A stretch of DNA of 59,346 bases from Conidiobolus incongruus B7586 (taxonomy: Eukaryota), in contig JNEM01011400.1 in NCBI GenBank assembly GCA_000697335.1, forward strand, positions 1-59,346. The letters are read 5' to 3'. Below, in pieces: positions 25,425 through 37,794 of this stretch (positions are counted from its first letter, which is position 1; every line of letters starts with the position of its first letter). The notes beneath the pieces were generated by a model, which saw only the letters and a list, made by a program, of their open reading frames with translations, did no database searches and was not told the origin of the DNA. Made by a program: the position numbers and the translations under genes.

Positions 25425-28400
25425 TTATGAAAATTTAGCACGAGTTTCTTGATAGCTTGCAAGTTCATCAAGTGTGATGGAAGGCTGTAATTCATCCAAA
25501 CCAGCTTCAAAATCAACTAATCTCACTTCAGCCCCTGTTTCAGTTGGCGTAGCTATTTTTTCAAGATAGTATGTAACAGTAGCTGGTCGATCCAAATTTT
25601 CGTTGTACTTTTTGCAATTTTCTTCAGCTTCTAAACATGTTCAAGTCATCGCCTTGAGCATGGCATCTAAACAAAGTGCGTAGAAATCGGCTCCAGTAAA
25701 GTGGAAAGGACATTTGTCAACAATTGTGTTCAAGTCTAAATTAGAACTAAGGTAAATTTGCGGGTTAATGCGCTCAGTATATTCAACCAGACATCGTTGG
25801 AATCCGCAACTCCGAGATAGAGTAGTTTATCAAATCGAGCAAGACGAAGTAAAGCTGGGTCTAATAAATTAGGGTGATTTGTTGCTCCAATAACAAACAC
25901 CTCTGCACCCGATCCATCTGGAGAATCACTTATACCATCTAACTCGGCCAATAACTAAGATGGAATACGATCCATAATTTCTCTTGAAATTCCCTGTTCA
26001 CCACCTTTGGGTGCAACGGAATACAATTCATCAAAGAATATAACTTAAAGCTTGGCGTCTCTAGCTCTCTGGAATGCTCTGCAAGCATTAGCTTTAGATT
26101 CACCAATATACATATTTAAAAGCTCAGGTCCTTTGACAGAGAAGAAATTTAAAAAGCAACTAGCTGCGACAGCTTTGGTCAACAGAGTTTTGCCAACTTC
26201 AGAAGGTCCATATAATAGTACACCAGGTCTTTATTTAGCACCAGAAGCAAATAATTTAGGGTGTCTTAAGGGAAGCTGGATGGTTTCTAAAATATCCTCC
26301 TTGACGCTGGCCAACTCACTAACATCATCTCAGGTGACATTCGAAATTTTAAGAGCACCGATAATATCTGAAAATTATGATGAATTCTGATCTAGTGCTT
26401 TATTAAAGTCACTGGCTAACAGAGTAGCACCGCGTTCTAGTCCTTCGCTAAAGTGGAGCAAATACGATCGAGGATACTGGTTTAGAATTCGTCGATAAGC
26501 TAAACCTCCAGCTCTATCAACCAGATCTTTGAGATCTTTGTTCAATAACGCGACAGTTTCAATGGCCAAGCTCTCTGAATCAACTTCTGATGCCAAATTT
26601 GATTCAGCTATTAGCTGAGTCAAATAATTCAATCTCGTTGCTTCATCTAGTGGGCCAAGAGACATTTCATGGCGGAACACGCCGATTAAGCCAGGTGCCA
26701 TCCCTTCGGTTGTTTCACAAGTAACAATCAAGGTAATAGGAAATTGTTTATCCATCTTTCTACTGAACAAATATTTAATATCTTAAATTAGAATGGTAAT
26801 CAACCATGGCTCCATAATAGCATCTGAGCTTTGGAATTTCTTAATAAAAGCTTCAATATGATTAAGCAAAACAATACAATGAGTGTTATTTACGACACTG
26901 TTGAAAAAGTTGATCACAGCCTCTTCAGTTTTGGAATCGCTTTCGTCAATTAGAGTATAGAAATTAATATCAATGAGTTGGAGACTCGCTTCATCTGCAC
27001 ACGATTTGACCAATGGATATTTACCAGAACAGCGAGGCCCACTGATCAGAATGGAGCAGTTGATATCTATTTCATGCGACATGGGATGCAAACAAGATTG
27101 AATCAACTCCTACAGTTTACTCAAATTTGATTGATCAGCAAGGTGAATTTTGGGAAGATCGAAATAAGTGTATAATTTGGTAGGAATCAAGTAGTTTTGA
27201 TTTGTTGGCTGAAATGTGGTAGCAGTACAGCCATTAGGATCGATTAATAAACCAAGTTCGGAAGTCGAAGAGATCGAGAGCACTTTGAAATAAAGGATGA
27301 TGGATTTGGTTGAAGGAGGAGAAAAGCTGGTGTTTTCGTTCAAATCAATTAGTACTTCGGAATTCTCAATGGATTTATCTTGGACGATAACTGGTTGAAG
27401 TTCAGCGCAGTTTACACTCATGGGTAAAGGAATGACATATTCCTGTTTCACTACTTTAAGACTATTTTGAAAATACCCCTTTAGTGCTTGAACTGCGGCT
27501 TTTTGAATGGATTTATTTTCTAAATGACTTGAATCGACCCAAGCGAGTGGTACTGATTGAGCGACTATTGGCTATAAAGGAAAGGGAGATGACAAGGGAT
27601 ATGATGTAACTTTTTGCAAAGTGACAATTTGATCATTTGCAGATAAACCCAAAATGAATGATAGCATTGTATCAGTTAAAATCAATCATTTATAGATATT
27701 AAACTTTTCACCCGATAGTTTAGCACATTTGACTAAAAAATTTCTGACTAATGCCAAATATTTTGGTCCATCTAGATTTGGACGGATTGGTTGAAAGCAC
27801 GATCCGATCTCGCTTAACCAACTGAAATTGCATCATTATATCAATAGGGACAACTAGAGAAGAGTGAACATTGATATTGCCACGCGAGTTGTCATATATC
27901 AAGCGTATGGGTTATGGTAAATGGCTTAGTAGCAATTTTGAAAGGAAGTTTGATAGAATGCAATCGACGCATATCAGCAGGCAAGGAAAGCGAGTCATTG
28001 GAAACAAAATCTGAATTACCAGTTTTTGACGAAAGAGAGGCCAGAAATTAATTGAAGGGGATGAAGGTTAAGTAGGGAGTTAAGTGATAGACTTCGTAGC
28101 TGAATCAGTATTGTCCAACTGGTCTGAATAATCTGTATTTGAGGTCAAAATAACTCTTGTAGAGCTACCGAATACGCCTTGGGAGGTTGGTGAAGTTAGT
28201 AAGATTCTTAATTTAAGATCAGTATAATAATTTTGATCGATTTGAATCTTTATGGTAAAAATAAAGTTTTCTTTCACAGTAATTTTAGTATCAATTAATG
28301 TGGTTATAATCTTATTTAAATATTAATTATAAATAGTTTGTTATAGGAATCAAAATAAAATGGTGACATCAATTAACTTCTAAAATATCTTCAGAAAATG

Positions 28401-28700
28401 AAATTGGAACTCTCTTAATAAGGATTTTGCATGATGAAATTGATGGATTTAATAGAACAGAAGCTCCAAAATCAGTACCTTGAGCTAATAATTTTTTATT
28501 AAAAGAATCAAAAAGGTAAGGTGGCTATATTCAAAATTAATAGAGCTTTAATAATAGTGTATATAATGTTTGACTAGATTTACTTTGCCATTAAGATTTT
28601 TATCCAGTTTAGCATATCCTAGCCACCAGTTTAGCTTTTCCCAAACAAAATTATCGTCATGAATTGGTAGCATTGCAACAGATACAGAAATGATATCGGT
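25425..28700 (-). pseudogene. PEX6: PEX6 peroxin AAA-ATPase pseudogene (5' limit approximate)
   Basis: D2 AAA module VT*DDV...ETIQLPL...[19 protein letters not shown]...[17 protein letters not shown]...ARDAKL*VIFFDE...MDRIPS*LLAELDG...[26 protein letters not shown]...FTGADFYALCLDAMLKAMT*. D1 and N-domain fragments lie upstream. There are many stops and frameshifts. Confidence 0.9.
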
Positions 28701-31700
28701 TATTACAAATATAAATATTGTAAATTTTATTATTTAAATTTATTATAATTATGTATTAAATATTAAAAATAAAATATATCATATTTATATTAATATAATT
28801 AAAATTAATTATCTTCCGACTCTTTTTGTAATTTTAATTGCTTAAACGCATTATTAGAAACCAATTTAGAGGATTGGACATATTCCTTTTGAACATTTGC
28901 AGAGGGAGTAGCTGGATGACTGTCCGTTTTTAAATCCAACTGAGATACAGTAATTAATGAATTTTGTAAATCATTGGTGGAATGGGATTAGATATTGATT
29001 ATATTATCTATTAAAATCATAAATTAAAATTACTGTAATATCATTGGATGTATTTAAAAATTAATAATACATTATCAAATGGTAAAGTCAATGGACTTGC
29101 TAGTTTTGAGATTTATGACTTGATATTAAATAATATATTTTTATGGGACTGAAATTAGATAATATGTGACTGTAATAAATCATGATTTGTGATAATTAAT
29201 CAAAAATTTCAACGTTATTTTCTGCACAATTAATAATATAATCAAAACTAAAATGATCCAACTAAATTAATATAATAAATAGTTCAAGTGATATTATTGG
29301 ATTATCAAATAATAGTTAAAGTTGAATGTTTTTAAGTTAATATTGAATTTCATTAAAGATGAATAAAAATTCTTTAAGCTTTGTATGAGATTATGCGGTT
29401 TGATTCTGCAAAATTACCTCCCATCTACATCATAATCCATTGTTCCTTAAACTGTTTGATACTTGGTAATTTTCAACTGGTGTCCTTTATTTATATTTGT
29501 TTGACCGAAGATTATGCAACGGCTTCAAGGAACATGATAATATAGGTTTTATATTATAAAGGTGGTAAATCTTAATAAATTGATTTATACAATGGGACTA
29601 TTTTTCACTAATTAAAAAAAACATTTTTTATCCAATCAATATTTTTAAATTTTTATATGAAATTGATTAAATAAACATGATTTACACAATATTTTTCGAG
29701 AGTAGAATCAAGCATTCAATTTGAAAAAATCATAATTATATTGTTTTACTATTGTAGCAAACTGAGTAAAAATATTAAAATATTAAAATATTACTGCCAA
29801 ATGTGCATATAATATGAACGGTTACATGATATGTATTTTTATATACATGTTCAATAAGACAAGTTGAATAAATCAAACGAATTTTACTAGTAAATGGTTT
29901 GATAAGAGGAGTTATCAAAGTGAGGATATATTTGAAAATTTCAAAATAATCATGTGGTGTTTAAGCTTCTTTAGATTTTCGGTTTATTAAAATTTATTGA
30001 TTTACAAAATAAAACTCAGTGAATTGATTTATTCTGTATTAAATTATATATAATGCATTGTTCTAGCCTAACATTGATCAATAATGGTAATTATCATATA
30101 TTAGTCTATTGAGAAATTGATTGAATACTTCCTGGATAAATTAATTTAAATTACAATTTTCGAATGTAATTATAGATGAAATTTATTATAAATATTTTAA
30201 ATTTTATATATTATGAATATATGATATCAATTATATTTTGAAATATTTAGATATGTTTTCATAGTATCTAATTCCTTTATAAGCATATATTTTTTCTTTA
30301 AAATATCGATTTATTGATCTTAGAATAAAAAATTAGAGTATGTTGATAAGAACAGAGCAATTGGTGGATGATGTAATGGCTCGGTTGATCTTTAATTATC
30401 AGTGAGTATTTTAAGAAATTTGATTACAAAGTTGAGTGGTTGTGTTTCAACAAGATTGATTCTATTAATATTTACAAAATATATATATTTCCAACTTATG
30501 TAACTATGATTATTTCTAAACTAATATTCAAATATTTATCTATTAAATTTTTGAAATTCTGTAAATTGTGTTTAATCAGGTCTCCGCAACAGGATATTAT
30601 TCCAAAAAAATAATCGGGATAAGATTATAATTAGGTGCCATATAATATTTTTACTTTTATATTTTGCAGAGTCTGGATTCCTGAATGTATTACTTTAAAT
30701 TGAAATGGATTAGCCAGTACTAAATATTATTCCCTCTATCATTTAGCATGTCACAGGTATTTCCAACTGGATGGTATAATATAATCGCTGCATTTCAGTT
30801 ACATCATTTGACTGAGATTTAGTTGTGATTTTTGAATATTTTCTATAGCTGAAATAACTAGATATAATGAAGTTAACAACAACTATATTCTTACAATTTT
30901 AATTTGATTATATTGAAATTATTCATATATGACCTTAACATTGAATATTTTGTTAATGAATAATCATCATAATTGCTAACTGTTAAATATTTTAAAAATA
31001 ATAGCGTAGTTAAATTTGAACTGTTACAATAATAAACAACGATATCAAACTTTTATTTTAACTTGTTTTAATCAAAAGCTATAAATATACAGTTAAATTT
31101 TTCAAGATCTAGGCAATATTTATATAAATATAATTGATTATTCCCTATATGACTATCAATGAAGTTCCAGGAATTTTAATATATGAAATAAACTTAGATG
31201 ATTTGTCTTAATTCAGTATTTAACTCAATATTTTATATTATAAATTATAAAATCCAAAAGTGTATAGTTGTTAATCAATATAAGTTTAATAATCGAATTA
31301 TATAGCTTGCTATGATATGTTGTTGAAATTCAAAATCTTTACTATTGCATTATTTAAGCAAAATAAATTAGAAATTAATGTATTGAAATTATGACTAAAA
31401 ATTACTTATATTTAGTAAAATGCTAATGATGAAAAATATCCAATAATTTACTTGAACAGGAAATTGACAATTTGAAATATTTAATCAAATAGTAGCAAAA
31501 TTGAAAATGATTTTGTGAACCATTAAATTAGTTGCCTTTCTTTATTCCCACTAATTGGAGGATTAAATTAACCAATGAAGAGTTAGGGTGTGTTGAACAA
31601 AACATATTTTTTTGAAATAGATTTAGGAGATCTTTTACACTTCCCCCATATAGGATTTTCCAGGGGATTTAATTACATTAAAAGTTTGGGGTTCATCTTA

Positions 31701-31767
31701 CAGTATAAATAGCCCTCAACGATCTGATCAATTAAATCATCTAATTCATTACTTTAATTAATTCAAC

Positions 31768-32262
31768 ATGGAGAAAATAAATATGAAAGAATCAATGTCT
31801 CATGAGTCTTACGCTGATGTTGTCATACTGCCACCCCCTCCCTATAGACAAATGGAGGAACATCACTGCTCTCACAAATATACAGTGTTCAAGAGAGCTT
31901 TTATTTTATTCATGTCATTTTTATCAATTATCCTTGGAATAATGTTCACTTTGATGATGATTTTCAGTTTCGAAAGCGATTTACCATCCCAAGAGTATAA
32001 TACACTGACATCACCCAAGATCACCCTTGCACGCAGAGCAGGAAATGCTTTTGTTGACAAGGGATACTTTTGGATTGTTGTTGCGATAGCCATCGTTCTA
32101 TTCATTTTAGTTAGCATATGTGCAACATACTGGTGTTGCAGAGGTAGTTTTGAAAATCCTCTCTGTTTCCCTTGTTACGCTTTGGCTTGCTGTGGTATTA
32201 TTCAATGTGCTGAAGTATGTTGTGCAGGTGCTATTGGAGCAGCTGCTTTGGCTGACCAGTGA
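31768..32262 (+). CDS. Uncharacterised two-TM membrane protein with PPPPY motif and Cys-rich tail
   Basis: Intact 164-aa ORF with TATAAATA at about 31704; two hydrophobic helices; tail WCCRGSFENPLCFPCYALACCG...CC. Confidence 0.8.
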   Translation: MEKINMKESMSHESYADVVILPPPPYRQMEEHHCSHKYTVFKRAFILFMSFLSIILGIMFTLMMIFSFESDLPSQEYNTLTSPKITLARRAGNAFVDKGYFWIVVAIAIVLFILVSICATYWCCRGSFENPLCFPCYALACCGIIQCAEVCCAGAIGAAALADQ

Positions 32263-35200
32263 ATCTAATATGCTATAATATATTCATTTGTATTTTAAAA
32301 CCTAATCTGAAAATAAATATCATATAAATATGTCTCAATTAAACGATTCTTAGTATTGAATGCTATATTATTCGAATTACAGTTTAATTGAACTATATAG
32401 TGCTTGAAAATAGCTGGAGTATAAGGTTGATATAAAGAGGTAGTATTTTGATTAGAGCGTGTTGACTAAAAGCCAATACCTGTTAGAAATAAATTATCCA
32501 TACCGCATTAAACAAAGTACAGGTGGAGTAATGCGGATGGCTCTCCAGTCTTGTACGAGGTGAGTGTCCGTTTAATTAGTGCTAACATACATTTGACTTA
32601 AATATCCTAAGTCACCCATTTGATCTTTTAATGTTACACAAATTATGTCTGTAGTTGAATCAATAATTAAACATACAGGAAAAAAAATTCAAGCTAATTG
32701 TATTGTAAAAAAGGACAAAAACGATGTATTAGTTAAAATGAACAAAGATATTAAGAAATGGCGGAAAATAATGAATTTATATTGCTATAAGAAATGGAAT
32801 TAGTTGAATTAGACATCTTTCAAATACTAAAATATAAATCATTTAAAATTTATATTGAATTTAATATGATAAAATTGAATTATAGAAAAGAAATATATTT
32901 ATATTACCAGTTCAAATAAATTAAACCATATTATTATCAAAAATATTTGAAAAATTATTTATTTACTATGATTTAATAATTAATGGATTCATGAGGCAAT
33001 ATGGCAAAAGAATCGATTTTATTTATTAATATTTAATGTCACGTTACTAATTTGCTTTTTCAATGGAATAAATCAATTATTTTAAGTGCATGTTTTTTAT
33101 AATGAAAATTTAATTCAAATGTACCTCATACAATACCCATGTTAGTTAAGGATATCTATAACTAACTAAACTAAAATCTTTATCATTCGCACAAATAATA
33201 TACATATTCTCAATTTTAAACAAAAAATATTTTAATTAAATAGAATAATTAAAATTTAATAATTTTTGAAAAATTCAAAGTCAAATCTAATATATCTAAT
33301 TTCTATAATATATTGATTATAAAATATATTTCATTTGTCAAATTCTTCATTGATGTACATAATGAGTAATCAATATTATATATTTTATATTCTATATTCT
33401 GCAGAGTTTGAATGAATATTCAAATATAATTGCTTGAATAGATTTATAGTATTTTTGGTATATTTAGGATAAAACTTTACTTTCTATCGAGAATTAAGTA
33501 TTGAGTCAAGCTGATCATTTAAAGAATATAATATTAAATTATTTCTTTGTTTTTATATAATACTTGAAATCAATGATATTGTATTTAACTGGAAGTATTC
33601 AACCATAAATGAATGATCAAAATATAAATGTTTTGATATATATATATATATATATATTTAAATAATAAATCTTATATGATGACTAATTTTAAAAATATAT
33701 TAGATAAATATAAAAAAAACTTGATTAATATTGCTTTAATATAAATTTTCTGTTGAATTTTTAACTTAAACCTGATATCAAAATTAATTTATTATTTACA
33801 TTAATTATATTCCTTTAGTTATTATCATTTTACCTTTGAAATATTCCTTCAAAAGATCAAAATCAAAATCATCTATCAAGAGTGTAGATATATATTGTTA
33901 TAAGAATATACATTTTATTACGTTTTAAACTCGAATTCAAATAACAGTAATTGCAATATATATTTATAGATATTGATTCAAATTTTGATTGTGATTTCAA
34001 TTGATTTTAGATGATAACAAAATACTCCAATGTACTTAGCATATTTTATAATAATAAATATAATAATTATAGAAAAAACTAACAAGAGTTATTAATATAT
34101 TTTTATTTCATTTTTCAAAGTATTGAAGTAAAGTTTAATTTTAAAATAACTCAGAACAAACGCATTCCTAGAATTGGATATCTTGTAATAATAGAATATT
34201 AACTTATTATATTTTATCAGGGCATTAGATAATATACCTTGAATATAATATCTTATGGATTTTAATTAACAAAATATAACTATAATTTAAATAATAATCA
34301 CTTTAAAAACAGTTAATATTAAAAAATAATTTTTAAATCAAATTTCTCCTTTATCAAATGGAATTTTCAAAATTTCAACAATATTGATTAATTATATATT
34401 TGATTTAGAATCATTAGTGATGTTATGTTATAAATTATTAATCAGTACGATTTAATATACCAATTTAATTATTATAGCTTGTCTTAGTTAATAAGAACCA
34501 ATTTTTTGAAATTCTATTTATTATGATTATATTTTCAATACTCAAATTCTCAATTAATTGAACCTAAATTTGGAAAATATTGTATCATAAATATATTGTA
34601 TGATTTATAAAATGCAAGTAGTATAAAGTGATAGATAAGAAAATAATCAAATCTCAAATTGGTAACTCAAAATCACAATACTATGGATTTTCTATATTCA
34701 AATTCTGGAAACTGAAATTACAAAATCCATTTCAATAATATAATAATAAAATATATTATTCATGTTATATTTTTTCTACTATGATTTTATTCATTCATTA
34801 TAAAACCAAATTCTATTGCTAACAATTAATTGATTTTAACACTATTTCTATCACACGTAATTTTAAATAAATAATAGTAAATTTCAGAATTTTGTCCATA
34901 TTATCTAAATTATTTTTATGATTTTTTTCAAAGTAATATTAATTACTAAAGTATTAAATTTTAAATATAATTTAAAAATAATGATCAAGTTTTTACAGAT
35001 TTTTTACTAAATATATCAAAATTTGACTAATTTTTAATCTATACAATTTCAATAAGATATTATATCAATTCTCACAATTTAATTCAATTTCACTTAAGTT
35101 TTAAGATTCAAAATATTAAAAATCTATATCCTTCGCATATTTGAATATATATATATATATATATTAACTACATTTTCTAAAAATCTTTTGTTGTAGGTTA

Positions 35201-35709
35201 GAATTATAATGATGCATAATTCATCTTAGCTTTATTTCAATCGATTTTGAAAAGTATACGTTGAAGCATTAATTACAAATAAACTATAATTTTTTAGTTG
35301 CTCATATAGCTTTTATTAGAATTTTATTTTGTAATTTACAATATTTTAATCATTTTTAAATTTTAAAATCATAAACAATTGAATAAAAGAATATATTATA
35401 TTGAAATAATAATTATATAAATCCAATTATATTAATAAAAATGATAATCGTATTATATACACATTGATATATATTATTTGTCAATTCAAATCAAAGAATA
35501 TTCAACAAGAATGATAATTATTGAGATATCAAAATCATTAAAATTAAATATTATACTCACTAAATTAACAAACATGAAAAAACAAATTTGTGCTTATAAT
35601 TATTATAATTGTTAAGAAAATTACCAAGTAATTATAATGATAAATTGTGAGGATAAGATTCAATAATTTATTCAATATATAGAATTAAAAAAAGATAAAT
35701 TGAATGAAG

Positions 35710-37105
35710 TTATTTTAAGTCCAAAGCCATGTAGATACATTGAATTAATAAAACAGCCATCTAAAATAATATTGATAAGTAATTCAGTATTAAAATACAT
35801 AACAGATGAACTTACGGGTGACCAGACTGCAAGATATCTCAACCAATCTAACAGTCTAATATAAAACATATCTTGAATATCCCAACTAAATTAAATCAAT
35901 TAGTATTATAAAAGGTTTAATATATTAAATGAATTACGGATTTTTGGATAATTCCTTTAGATTGACTTTTTCATGGCTAATATAAGGATTAGAAAATATC
36001 AATATACAATACTTGTGATATTTTACCAATATGGACAGATATCTTTTTTACCGATCAAGCACCATCCTCTAATACAAGTTTCATGGAATTGATGTTCACA
36101 ATCCAATGTGTGAGTAGGCTGAGGAATTTCGTTTTCAATCCTTAGATACCCATTACAAATAGCACAGATATTTTGGCGAACTGATTTAGTTGGTAGGTCA
36201 CCTTTATTATGAAGCTATAATATTAATAATAGTATTAATGATTGTACTACGATTAAAATATAGATTTTTAATTACTCCAAAAGTTGATGCCATTTTATCG
36301 GAACAAACTTCGGCAAAATCCCTGCCTAATACACTATAATTCATAAGCAAAATAATGAATAATAATTATTAATCAATAATTACCCAAAGTAAAGTCCATA
36401 TCCTAGAAAAAGCAGGCATAGTTTTGTAGTCTCTTCCTCATTACTGAATATTTTAGTTACACCAAATAATGAAAACATAAATAATAAGTATCCAATCAAT
36501 CCAATAAAATATGAAATTCTATAGATTATACTAAACCATCGGTAGACCAGTCTATATAAAATTAATATATTAAACAATATAAATGAATGAAAATGCATTA
36601 CTTTGGTGTATCTTTATCTAATGGTTTTCTACTTGCTTTATACATTACTAAAATACAATATTAATTAAATATTAAATAATTGATAAAAAAAATATATATT
36701 ACTCCAAAGATTTAATATTGAATAACAAGACCAAATAGTTAAAAATTGATAATTTCCCAGAATATAAACATAAAAAGGTGGAATAAACCTATTTTTAAAA
36801 TTTTTTATTAATAAATAATATTATATTTTATTAAATATTAAATTACCATAAACTTATTAGAGAAAATATTTGATATGAAGAATAATATCTCTTTTTCCAA
36901 TTAAACATTAACAATTGTGAACCAATTATCACAAATAAAAGAATAAAAAACATTGCTGAGTGCATTGCTTCATGACCTAAATTGATTAAAAGTTAAATAT
37001 TAATACTGGTAATATTAATATAATAATATAATTATACCAGCATGCTCTTTTTGATAATTTTCTTCAGATATTTTTCTATAAAGATAAAACATTAATAAAC
37101 TTATA

Positions 37106-37149
<44 letters not shown>

Positions 37150-37272
37150 ATTACAAATTTTGTTCTTGAGTTTCATCAAGTTCAATTCTTAAATTTGGAA
37201 AAAAGATATCCTAAAATAATTATTTAATATTTTATATATTATTCTAAAATAATTTATTATATATACCTGCAT
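35710..37272 (-). CDS. RNF121/RNF175-like multi-TM RING-H2 E3 ligase, many exons (first coding exon ATGCAG)
   Basis: Spliced HAGHEAMH, KASRKPL...[31 protein letters not shown], CAIC...[31 protein letters not shown], NPW...LLDWLRYLAVWSP. Confidence 0.9.
37110..37144. repeat. (TA)n microsatellite inside an RNF121-like intron
   Basis: Perfect TA run of about 35 bp forming most of a short intron. Confidence 0.9.
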
Positions 37273-37794
37273 ATTTTAAAAGAAAATTAATTTAATTTTA
37301 TTAACGGAGTATTAAAGGGTTTAATAATGATTAAGAAAGAGAAAAGTATAAGTTTTATTTTGAATCCTTTTTCTTTTATAAAATTAATTTATATCATGCA
37401 AAAATTGTATTTATGTTTTACTTTTTTTAAACTGATTAACATTCAATTATGCTATTCTATTAATTTGATTTAATAGTATTGAGTGCTCACATACTTTATA
37501 TATTTATTTAATATTTTTCTCAATATTTATTATAAAATTTTAATTAAATAATATGAATATTTTTGTACCTAAGAATTTAAAATAATCAATTACATAACAT
37601 AACGAAAATAGAACTGCTAATTTATGTTGAGTATGGTAATGACTTCTTTTAGTAAAAGAATTTGCAATATACTATAATAAGTAATGTTAAGGAAATAATC
37701 ACTATTGATATCTAATCAAGTGGCGAAAATTAGGATGTTCAATAAAATCATTAAATTATCTAATAATTTCATAATTGATTTATTTTATTTTAAA

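Noticed and set aside
26052..26390. 112-aa plus-strand ORF
   Set aside because: Antisense shadow of the conserved PEX6 AAA domain.
25425..28300. Stop-codon reassignment or selenocysteine readthrough as an explanation for the in-frame stops in PEX6 and ECM15
   Set aside because: The stops are of all three types, replace different amino acids and co-occur with frameshifts and damaged catalytic motifs; neighbouring genes use the standard code.
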